Position numbers and translations under genes: made by a program. Source: Polyangiales bacterium (GTDB lineage Bacteria > Myxococcota_A > Polyangia > Polyangiales > Polyangiaceae). From it: DNA of 64,000 nt. Shown one piece after another: positions 31,240 through 39,415 of this stretch. The notes under the pieces are model-generated. The model was not told where the DNA came from, did no database searches, and saw only the letters and a list, made by a program, of their open reading frames with translations. The DNA is taken from NCBI GenBank assembly GCA_038231275.1, contig JBBRLQ010000031.1, forward strand, positions 1 through 64,000, written 5' to 3'. Numbering within the stretch: position 1 is the stretch's first letter; each line of letters begins with the position of its first letter.

Positions 31240-31893
31240 ATGAAACGCACCCGCTTCTCGCGCGCCTCGCTCGCCTCCCTCGCGCTCCTTGCCTGCCTCG
31301 CCTTCGCAGGCTCCGCCTCGGCCGACGAGGGCGCGCAAAAATTCGTCCAGTCCGAGCACGTGAAGCTCGAGTTGCTCCTCCGCCAGCCGGCCTCCGCCGC
31401 GCGCGACGGGCAGGTCACGCACACGCTCGACACGATGGTCGACTACGACGAGCTCGCGCGCCGCGCCTTCGGGCAGCCGTGCCCGATGAACCACTCGTCG
31501 TGCACGAACCACTGGGGCGAGCTCACCGCGCAGCAGCAGGAAGAGGTCGCCGGCCTCCTGAAGCGCCTCGTCGAGAAGAACTACCGGAAGAACCTGATCA
31601 AGACGCTCGACTACGAGGTCACCTACAAGGGTCAGAAGGAAGTCGGCGGCGACTCGAAGATCCGCACCGAGGCGAAGAGCAAGCTGAAGCCGCGCGATCC
31701 GGCGGTGCAGGTCGACTACGTCGTGAAGCCGGCGTCGAACGGCGTGGGGTACCGCGTCGTCGACATCGTGACCGAGGGCTCGAGCCTCACGAAGAACTAC
31801 TACGATCAGTTCCACAAGATGCTGACGACCGCGGGCCAGGGCTATCCGCACATCGTCAAGAAACTGAACGAGAAGATCGCGAAGCCGGACTGA
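31240..31893 (+). CDS. MlaC/Ttg2D-family periplasmic phospholipid-binding protein
   Basis: Signal peptide; VDYDELARRAFG...W, VDIVTEGSSL..NY..QF. Confidence 0.82.
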   Translation: MKRTRFSRASLASLALLACLAFAGSASADEGAQKFVQSEHVKLELLLRQPASAARDGQVTHTLDTMVDYDELARRAFGQPCPMNHSSCTNHWGELTAQQQEEVAGLLKRLVEKNYRKNLIKTLDYEVTYKGQKEVGGDSKIRTEAKSKLKPRDPAVQVDYVVKPASNGVGYRVVDIVTEGSSLTKNYYDQFHKMLTTAGQGYPHIVKKLNEKIAKPD

Positions 31894-31915
31894 GAGCGAA
31901 CGTCGTCGAACGGGC

Positions 31916-33052
31916 TCAGTTCGCGAGCTCGCAGAGGTAGGGGCGCGGCGTCGTGCCGTCGTCGGCGTGCGCGAGCTGCGTGTCATACGCCGACGTCGAC
32001 AGGCTGATGTACGCGAACGCGGTGTTCGCTCCGCTCGGCTGGTTGTCTCCCCACTCGAGCGGGTACTGCGTCACCGGCGCGCCGTCGGCCCACGCCCACG
32101 TGCCTCCCTTGCCGCGCACGAGGCCGATCCAGATCTCCGGGATCGGGGCCGGCGGCAGGAAGGACGCGAGCTCGCGCGCGAGCTGCTCTCGCCCTTCGCG
32201 CGTTTCGAAGACGACGAGCCTGGCCCCGTTCGACGTGCAGCGATCGGCGGCCTCCTGCGCGGTCACCGCCTCCGGGAAGTATTGGTACCGGTGTGGCGGC
32301 GTTCCGCGGGTCGCCACGCACGTCGGCTGGTTGCAGAACCTGGCGGTCGTGCCGACGGGCTCGCGCTCGCATACGACGGCGGCCTGCCCGACTCCGAGAT
32401 CGGGGGTGACCGTGACCCAGGATTGATCGATGGCCGCGCGCGCGAGGACGCACGTGGGCTTTGGCCCGCTCGCATCGGGCAAGAGCCTGGGGATATCCCT
32501 CGCGCTCCCGTCGACGTGGGCGTAGCACCCGTCGCAGTTCCGGCTCCAGCCAGGCTCCATGACCGTAGACCCGAAGGGGACATAGGTGGGCGGCGCGGCC
32601 ACGGTATCGAGATTCAAGCCCACCCAGAAGTCGGCTTTCTTCCACGCCAGCACGTTCGCGAACTCGGTCTCGCTCACGAACGTCACGAGATGCCCGCCTG
32701 TGTTCTCACACTCCGCTCGCGCGGCTTCGATTTTGGCGACCGAGGGCAACGCGAGGTAGCAGTGATCCGTCGCGGGATCGAGCAACCCGCCATCGCACAT
32801 GATTTGACACGCGTTGCAGCCGGGGGCCGCCCCATCGGCAGGGTCACAGTGCTCGCCCGCATCGAAGTCGATGATCCCATCGCCGCAAAAGCCCGAGGGA
32901 GTAGGGGGATTTCCTGCGTCGCCCGCGTCGAATGGCGCCACGCCGGCCGTAGAAATGTTGGGGAGGCAGGACACGGCGGCCATGAACGCGGGCACGCCCA
33001 CCCCCAGCGCCACCGCCGAAAGAATCAGCCGCAGTTTCGCGCGGTCCTCCAC
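31916..33052 (-). CDS. Lipoprotein with two C-type lectin-like domains
   Basis: AVSC lipobox; CGDG..D..E.CD motif; two units of C...GG/A.LV.F...W(V/I)GL...CE; WGDNQP in the second. Confidence 0.8.
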   Translation of the reverse strand: MEDRAKLRLILSAVALGVGVPAFMAAVSCLPNISTAGVAPFDAGDAGNPPTPSGFCGDGIIDFDAGEHCDPADGAAPGCNACQIMCDGGLLDPATDHCYLALPSVAKIEAARAECENTGGHLVTFVSETEFANVLAWKKADFWVGLNLDTVAAPPTYVPFGSTVMEPGWSRNCDGCYAHVDGSARDIPRLLPDASGPKPTCVLARAAIDQSWVTVTPDLGVGQAAVVCEREPVGTTARFCNQPTCVATRGTPPHRYQYFPEAVTAQEAADRCTSNGARLVVFETREGREQLARELASFLPPAPIPEIWIGLVRGKGGTWAWADGAPVTQYPLEWGDNQPSGANTAFAYISLSTSAYDTQLAHADDGTTPRPYLCELAN

Positions 33053-33108
33053 GATCGTTACCGTAGCAAAGGCGGTGCCCGTTGCGCCAAACGGCGTAAG
33101 ATAAGAAG

Positions 33109-34701
33109 GTGATGACCTCGGCGGCGACGGCGCAAGGCGAGCGGACTCGCGTGGATGTCGCCGAGAAGTACCGGTCCCTCTTCATCATCGGCCAGGGCGG
33201 AATGGGCAGCGTCGAGGTCGCCCTCGAGCGCGCAGGTACCGAGTTTCAGCGCATCGTGGCGCTGAAGCGCATGCTCCCCGCGGCCGCCAGGGACAAGCGT
33301 CACGTCGACATGTTCCTGCGCGAGGCGCGCCTCGCCGCGCTCCTCAGCCACCCCAACGTCGTCCACGCGTTCGACTTCGGCGAGGCCAAGGGAGAGCTTT
33401 ACCTCGCGATGGAGTACGTCGAGGGGGAGCCGCTGTCCCACGTCGTCACCTCCGCGTTCGAGAAGGAGGGGCGATTCGCACCGGCGCTGGTCGCGTACAT
33501 CTTCTCGGAGATCTGCGACGGCCTCCACGCTGCGCACGAGCTGAAAGACGTCAGCGGGAAATCGCTCAACGTAGTGCACCGCGACGTGTCGCCGCACAAC
33601 GTGATGGTGGCGTACGAGGGGCACGTGAAGCTCCTCGACTTCGGCGTCGCGAAGATCGAAGACGATCGCGGCGTCACCAAGACCGGCGAGGTCAAGGGGA
33701 AGACCGGGTACATGTCGCCGGAGCAGGCGATGGGGGATCCGCTCGATAGGCGGAGCGATCTCTACGCGATCGGCGCGGTGCTCTTCGAGTGCCTCGCGGG
33801 GCGGCGCATGTGGACGGGCACCGACATGGAGGTGATCCGCAAGCTCGCGCTCGAGGAGGCGCCGCGCCTCGAGGTCGACGCGCCGGGGACGCCGCAGCCC
33901 TTGTGCGATTTGCACGCGCGGCTCGTCGCGCGCGATCGCGACGCGCGGCCTGCGACGGCGCGGGACGTGGCGGACGAGCTTCGCGCGTTCGTGGCAGAGA
34001 CCGGAACGCGCCCCGACGCACGGGTGATGCGCGCGGTGATGGCGCGCCTCTTCGCGAACGAAGAGCAGCGCCGTAAGACCCAGCTCACCGACGCGCTCAC
34101 GACCGTCGTGGAACCCGCCCGCATCGCGACGCTGCGCGCGAGCCTCGGTCCCATGCTGCCGATTCCGGAGCATCTCCTCGCGCCGCAACAGGCCGGCGAG
34201 GGAGAGGTGCGCGCTTCTGCCGCCACGCTCGCCGCGTACCCCTCTGCGCCGCCCCCTGCGATGGCACCGGCGCAGGCGCCCGCGATGGCTCCTGGGTTCG
34301 TTGGGGAGCCGCCAGACTCGACGAGCGCGTTCATCGCCGCGCCTCCACTTCTGTCTCGATCGCGCGTGATCGCCGTCGCGCTCGTCCTCCTCCTCGCCGC
34401 GGGTGGTGCAGGCGCCTCCGTTCTTCTCCGCCGCACCGCGACCGCGACGCCGACCCCGACTGCGATCGCGACTCCGACGCCGACTCCGATCGCGACGCCG
34501 ACGCCGACGCCGACGCCGACTCCGATCGCGACGCCGACTCCGACTCCGATCGCGAAGGGCACCGCCACCGCTCCCGTTCGCCCGCGCGGCGGAGGGGGCG
34601 GTCCGCGCGTGAAGCCTGCGCCCACGCCTCCTCCTAGCGCGACGCCGACCCCTCCTCCCACCGCGAAGCCGCTCGATGTCGATCCGAACGCCGTCCCTTA
34701 G
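33109..34701 (+). CDS. Membrane Ser/Thr protein kinase (Hanks type) with Pro/Thr-rich extracytoplasmic tail
   Basis: GQGGMG, VALK, HRDVSPHN, DFG, YMSPEQ all intact; TM; PT repeats. Confidence 0.93.
   Translation: MMTSAATAQGERTRVDVAEKYRSLFIIGQGGMGSVEVALERAGTEFQRIVALKRMLPAAARDKRHVDMFLREARLAALLSHPNVVHAFDFGEAKGELYLAMEYVEGEPLSHVVTSAFEKEGRFAPALVAYIFSEICDGLHAAHELKDVSGKSLNVVHRDVSPHNVMVAYEGHVKLLDFGVAKIEDDRGVTKTGEVKGKTGYMSPEQAMGDPLDRRSDLYAIGAVLFECLAGRRMWTGTDMEVIRKLALEEAPRLEVDAPGTPQPLCDLHARLVARDRDARPATARDVADELRAFVAETGTRPDARVMRAVMARLFANEEQRRKTQLTDALTTVVEPARIATLRASLGPMLPIPEHLLAPQQAGEGEVRASAATLAAYPSAPPPAMAPAQAPAMAPGFVGEPPDSTSAFIAAPPLLSRSRVIAVALVLLLAAGGAGASVLLRRTATATPTPTAIATPTPTPIATPTPTPTPTPIATPTPTPIAKGTATAPVRPRGGGGGPRVKPAPTPPPSATPTPPPTAKPLDVDPNAVP
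34441..34554 (+). repeat. Low-complexity (IA)TPTPTP coding repeats
   Basis: Repeated acgccg/actccg/atcgcg hexamers encoding TPTPTPIA. Confidence 0.85.
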
Positions 34702-35677
34702 CCTCGCGCTCGCCCTCACGCTCTTCGCCGCGGTTCCTGCGCGCTCGGCGCTCGCGCAAGAGGATCCCGGAAAGGCCGCCATCCGGGAGCGCTTCCGCGC
34801 CGGGATGGAGAAGTACCAGCAGGGCGCGTACCGCGAGGCGATTGGCTACTGGGAGGCGATCTACCGCGAGATGGGGGCGCGCGACGGCTACCGGCTGTCG
34901 TTCAACCTGGCCCGCGCGTACGAAAAATTCAGCGATTTTACCGTCGCGGCCGAGCGATACGAGTCGTTCCTCACCGAGGTCGAGGTGCGGCGCCAGGAGA
35001 GCAAGCCGCTCGATCCCGTCGTCGAGAAAGAGGAGAAGGAGGCGAAGGATCGCCTCGAAGAGCTGCGCGCGAGCAAGGGGCGCTTGAAGGTGAACGCCGC
35101 GCGGCAGTCGCTCGACGCGAAAGTCGACGAGTCCGATCGGCGCGCCGCCGGCTTCGTCGCGTACGTCGCGCCGGGGCCGCACGTGATCGTCTTCGTGCGC
35201 GGGAGCGCGACGATCGAGAAGCGGGAGGTGCAAGTGAAGGCGGGGGAGCTGCTCGAGATCGAGCCGCCGCAGGCCCCCGAGCCGGTCGTGCCGCCACCGA
35301 TCAAGACCACGCGCGAGGTGTCCCACCCGTTCACGCCGGCGGTCTTGTACGCGGTCGGAGCCGTCGCGGTCGTGAGCGTCGTCGTCCCGATCATCACGTA
35401 CGCGCACGCGGCCAACGTGAAGCGCGATCACGACGGGATGCTCGACGGGAATGGAAACACCGACGCGTCGCAGATCAAGCAGGCGCGCACGCTGGAGGAC
35501 GACTACCTCACGGCGCGCACGACCGCGTACGCGACGCTGGCGATCCCGGCGGCGCTCGGCGCGATCACCGGCGGCCTCGTCGCCTGGTATTTCCTCGGCA
35601 CGAAGGAGCGGGAGATCGTCGTCCGCCCCGAGGCGTCCCCCACCGGCATGGGCCTCGCGAGCGAAGTCCGTTTCTGA
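34676..35677 (+). CDS. TPR/PEGA-like exported membrane protein
   Basis: Signal peptide, TPR-like helices (FNLARAYE), PEGA-like beta segment (VAPGPHVI), C-terminal hydrophobic segments ending in F; overlaps the kinase by 26 bp. Confidence 0.75.
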   Translation: MSIRTPSLSLALALTLFAAVPARSALAQEDPGKAAIRERFRAGMEKYQQGAYREAIGYWEAIYREMGARDGYRLSFNLARAYEKFSDFTVAAERYESFLTEVEVRRQESKPLDPVVEKEEKEAKDRLEELRASKGRLKVNAARQSLDAKVDESDRRAAGFVAYVAPGPHVIVFVRGSATIEKREVQVKAGELLEIEPPQAPEPVVPPPIKTTREVSHPFTPAVLYAVGAVAVVSVVVPIITYAHAANVKRDHDGMLDGNGNTDASQIKQARTLEDDYLTARTTAYATLAIPAALGAITGGLVAWYFLGTKEREIVVRPEASPTGMGLASEVRF

Positions 35678-35686
35678 GGATTCGGC

Positions 35687-37009
35687 CTACTCGCCCTTCT
35701 CGATGCCGTATTTGCGGAGGTACGCGCGCACGTGGTGGCGCTCCATCCCACTCTGCCGCGCCATCTCACTCACGTTGCCCTTCGCGGTGCGCGACAGGCT
35801 CGTGAAGTAGTCGCGCTCGAACGCCGAAATCGCGCCGCGCTTGGCCTCGCTGAAGGCCGTCGCCGCTTTGTTGCTCTGCGAGTCGCCCGGCGTGTCGCGC
35901 GCGAGGGTGAGCACGTCGTCGATCGCGCTCGGCGTCTCCGCCAACGTCGCGGCGACGCTCGTCACGTTCACGAGCTCGCGCACGTTGCCCGGCCAGTCGT
36001 ACGAGCCCATGCGCGACGAGATCCACTGCTCGACGACCTTGGCGTGCTCGGAGCGCCCGACCCGCGCGCAGATGTCCTCGATGAGGAGCGGCAAGTCGCT
36101 GAGGCGCTCGCGCAGCGACGGCAGCTCGACCCGGATCTGCGCGATGCGGAAGAAGAGATCGCTCCGGAAGCGCCCGGCGTTCATCTCCGCGCCGAGATCG
36201 CGGCGCGTGGCGGCGAGCACGCGCACGTCCATCGCCTCGAAGGCGTTGCCGCCGACGCGCTTGATCTGACGCTCCGCGAGGGCGCGCAGCAGCTTGGGCT
36301 GGAGCTCGATGGGAAGCTCGCCGAGCTCGTCCAAGAAGAGCGTGCCGCCGTCGGCCTCCGCGAGCGCTCCCTTGCGTCGCTCGGTCGCGCCGGTGAACGA
36401 GCCCTTCTCGTGACCGAAGAGCAAGCTCTCCGCCAACGCCTCCGGGATCGAGCCGCAGTCGACGACGACGAACGGGCCGTCCTTGCGAGGGCTTGCGTCG
36501 TGGATGGCCTTGGCGACGACCTCCTTGCCGGTCCCCGTCTCGCCGAGGATGAGGACGCTGAGCGGCGTCGCGCTCACCTTCTCGAGGACGCTGAAGACGC
36601 GGCGCATCTTGGGCGAGTTGCCGACGAGGCCGCCGAAGCGCTCCGTGAACCCGACGTCGACGCGATGCTTCGCGGTGGGCTCGATGACGAGGCTCGACTG
36701 CCCGACGGTGAGCTCGCACGTCGTGGTGATCACGACCTCGCGCACGCGGACCGCTCCAATGAACGTGCCGTTGGTGCTGCCAAGATCCTTGACGAGGATG
36801 CCCTCGTTCGTCGCGCGCAGCTCGCAGTGCAGCGAGCTGATCTCTTGATCGGTCATCGGCAGCTGCGTGTTCGGATCGCGCCCGACGACGATGGGGTCCA
36901 CGTCGATCGCGATCTCGCGGCCGTCCTTCGTCTTTGCGGTCCCGCCGCGCACGAACCAATGGACGACGCGGGCGTGGGTGGCGGCAGCGCGTGTAGAGCC
37001 GTCTGTCAT
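35687..37009 (-). CDS. FHA-domain sigma54-dependent transcriptional activator
   Basis: FHA (VGR...ISSLH...DLGSTNGT), [32 protein letters not shown]. Confidence 0.93.
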   Translation of the reverse strand: MTDGSTRAAATHARVVHWFVRGGTAKTKDGREIAIDVDPIVVGRDPNTQLPMTDQEISSLHCELRATNEGILVKDLGSTNGTFIGAVRVREVVITTTCELTVGQSSLVIEPTAKHRVDVGFTERFGGLVGNSPKMRRVFSVLEKVSATPLSVLILGETGTGKEVVAKAIHDASPRKDGPFVVVDCGSIPEALAESLLFGHEKGSFTGATERRKGALAEADGGTLFLDELGELPIELQPKLLRALAERQIKRVGGNAFEAMDVRVLAATRRDLGAEMNAGRFRSDLFFRIAQIRVELPSLRERLSDLPLLIEDICARVGRSEHAKVVEQWISSRMGSYDWPGNVRELVNVTSVAATLAETPSAIDDVLTLARDTPGDSQSNKAATAFSEAKRGAISAFERDYFTSLSRTAKGNVSEMARQSGMERHHVRAYLRKYGIEKGE

Positions 37010-37129
37010 GCGCTTCTACCTTATCGCGCCCCGACCCCGAACGTCCCCGGAACCGCCGACCTTTGTGCCTGGACCTCTCCGCGTCCAGGTGGGAGATAGG
37101 AAATTCAGCCCATTTGAGCGGTTCGCGCG

Positions 37130-37145
37130 CGGCACATCCCCTGCA
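37130..37145 (+). promoter_or_regulatory. Putative sigma54 promoter, divergent from the FHA-EBP gene
   Basis: CGGCACATCCCCTGCA with exact -24 GG / -12 GC spacing. Confidence 0.55.
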
Positions 37146-37172
37146 ACCGCTAGAATGGAACGGGAGGCTATC

Positions 37173-38048
37173 GTGTCCCACCTCTTCTCGCAGCACGGTC
37201 TCGGAGCCATCGCCCTCGCCGCCGTCGCGCTCGCTTCGGTCGAGGGCTGCGCGGCGCATCACTCGGCCACGCCGGGCGACGACGACACCACGCTCCTCGC
37301 GCAGGACGGCTCGGACACGTCGGCGGCCGAGAACGACACCGAGACGATCTCCTCGTCATTCATCGCGGCGAGCGGATCGCTCGGCCTCGCATCCGGCGCA
37401 GACCTCGCCGGCGGGCAGCTGTCCGCGGCGAACCTCGGCGACGGCACGCGCGCGGAGTTCTACCCCGCCGGCTGCCTCACGGTGACGAGCGATCCGACCT
37501 CACGCGCCGCCACCTACGCGTTCGATCACTGCAGCGGCCCGTACGGCCTCCTCGACGTGACCGGCGTCGTCAAGGTCACGTCTTCGCCGTCGCCGGCGAC
37601 GGCGGGCGCGACGCGACTCGTGCTCGACTTCGTCGGCACCGGGCTCAAGATCAACCGGGCCACCGCCGATTGGAGCGCGCACGCGGAGATCGCGTCGACG
37701 GCGCTCGGCGCGCGGACGATGACGTGGCGCGCCACCCTCGCGGGAACGACCGCGCGCGGCCGCGCCTTCACGCGGACCAACCAGAAGACGGTCGCGTGGA
37801 CGGTGGGCCAGGAGTGCGTGCTCGTCAACGGCTCGTCGGACGGCAACGTCACGGGCCGGCAGATTCACACCGACGTCATCCACTACTCTCGGTGCAGGGG
37901 CGAGTGCCCGGCCCCCGGCAGCGAGATCCGCATCACCAATGCGAACACCGGCAAGACCGTCGACATCACCTACGACGGCGGTCGCCAGGCGACGTTCACC
38001 GGCCCGACCGGCGGCCAGACGCAGATCGTGCTCGCCTGCGGGCTGTGA
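37173..38048 (+). CDS. Hypothetical lipoprotein (beta-rich, Cys pairs)
   Basis: SD GGGAGG before the GTG; VEGC lipobox; C-terminal CP.PG...LAC. Confidence 0.75.
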   Translation: MSHLFSQHGLGAIALAAVALASVEGCAAHHSATPGDDDTTLLAQDGSDTSAAENDTETISSSFIAASGSLGLASGADLAGGQLSAANLGDGTRAEFYPAGCLTVTSDPTSRAATYAFDHCSGPYGLLDVTGVVKVTSSPSPATAGATRLVLDFVGTGLKINRATADWSAHAEIASTALGARTMTWRATLAGTTARGRAFTRTNQKTVAWTVGQECVLVNGSSDGNVTGRQIHTDVIHYSRCRGECPAPGSEIRITNANTGKTVDITYDGGRQATFTGPTGGQTQIVLACGL

Positions 38049-38060
38049 TTTCGTGAGCGA

Positions 38061-38108
38061 AGTGAACGGTCTTCTCGTCGAGTGAACGGCGTGCGCGCGA
38101 AGTGGGCG
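38061..38108 (+). repeat. Phased direct repeats AGTGAACGG, 20-bp period
   Basis: AGTGAACGG at 38061 and 38081; AGTGGGCG at 38101. Confidence 0.6.
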
Positions 38109-38220
38109 CGGTTGCACTGCGACGTGCGCTCGTTCGCACGACGGTCCCCAGATCGCCGCAGATCGCAGGCGATTCGTCGTCGCTCGAGGTTGGTCTACAT
38201 GATGCAGTCCGTCGGCTTCG

Positions 38221-39330
38221 ATGAACAGAATCTCTTGCGCGCTGGCGATGGCAGCGCTCGCAGCTCTCGTTGCAGGTTGCACCGACCGAACCCACGCCGC
38301 AGCTACCGAGGACGAGCACGTCGGAACGACCTCCGCCGCGCTGACGGTCTTCGGATCGGGCTGGTCGCTCGTCAATTCCGGGGGCACGGCCACGCAGTGG
38401 TCCTATGACTCCGGCGGAGGGACCGTCGTTGGGAGCCACTATGGGACCGGCGGCTACCAAGTCGACTTCAACGGGATCCCAAACTCGAACCCCAGCATCG
38501 CGCACGTAACGGCGTTCGGCGGCACCGCGCACTGCAAGGTCGGGTGGGGGCACCTCGGCGACTCGACCAAGTCGACGGTCTTGGTCAACTGCTATACGGC
38601 GGCGGGGACGCTCACCGACAGTGGATTCATCGTCTTCATCGACGCCCGCGCCGGCAACACCAGCAGCAACAAAAGCGGGTTTTTGACCGTGTCCGGCGGC
38701 AGCGCACCGACGGTCTCGAACGAGTGGAACTGGTCCGGGGGGACGAGCACGGTGACGTGGAATGGGGACGAGTACGTCATCCAGGTCGCCGGCGTGTCCT
38801 ACTCGAGCGCCAGCGCGCAGGTCACCGCGATCGGACTCGACTCGACGCGATGCAAGGTCGAAGCATGGGGAACCGCATGGGCGGCCGGCAAGGTGTGGGT
38901 GAAGTGCTTCGACACGCTAGGGCGGCCCGCGCCAGGGAGCTTCGATCTTTCGTACCTCGACGGCTCGGAGATCCCCGACAACGACGGCGGTCACACGCTG
39001 ATCAAGCACGGGGTCGTGGACACGAGCTTCTCGGGCGGCGTTGGCTACGCGCCGTGCTCGGCGATCTCCTTCTCGGCCGCTCCGAGCGGGTCGCAGGTCC
39101 TCGTGTCGATGACCAACGCGGGTCCCGTCAACGGAACGACGAGCGTCGTCCCGCTCGTCACGGCGCAGGGGAGCGACAATTCGTACTGCAACGTCACGCA
39201 CTGGAGCGTCGCCGCGGACGGCACCGTGAGCGCCGGCGTGGCCTGCATGGATGGATCGGGGACCCCCATCAATGCCTCCTCGGTCAACTTTGCCACGACC
39301 TTCACGAGTCGATTCCACTGGCATTGCTGA
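38221..39330 (+). CDS. Hypothetical lipoprotein with three internal disulfide-containing repeats
   Basis: VAGC lipobox; 3x VTA.G...C.V..W...V.C....G....F. Confidence 0.75.
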   Translation: MNRISCALAMAALAALVAGCTDRTHAAATEDEHVGTTSAALTVFGSGWSLVNSGGTATQWSYDSGGGTVVGSHYGTGGYQVDFNGIPNSNPSIAHVTAFGGTAHCKVGWGHLGDSTKSTVLVNCYTAAGTLTDSGFIVFIDARAGNTSSNKSGFLTVSGGSAPTVSNEWNWSGGTSTVTWNGDEYVIQVAGVSYSSASAQVTAIGLDSTRCKVEAWGTAWAAGKVWVKCFDTLGRPAPGSFDLSYLDGSEIPDNDGGHTLIKHGVVDTSFSGGVGYAPCSAISFSAAPSGSQVLVSMTNAGPVNGTTSVVPLVTAQGSDNSYCNVTHWSVAADGTVSAGVACMDGSGTPINASSVNFATTFTSRFHWHC

Positions 39331-39415
39331 TCGCCAAGGATCGCTCTCTACGACTCTCGCAACGCGGCGACGGCACGACTCCGTCTGACGTCTGACACAA
39401 AAGGATCCGTCTCTC

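Noticed and set aside
34441..34554. Short periodic repeats as a CRISPR-like array
   Set aside because: No spacers; they encode the Pro/Thr linker of the kinase.
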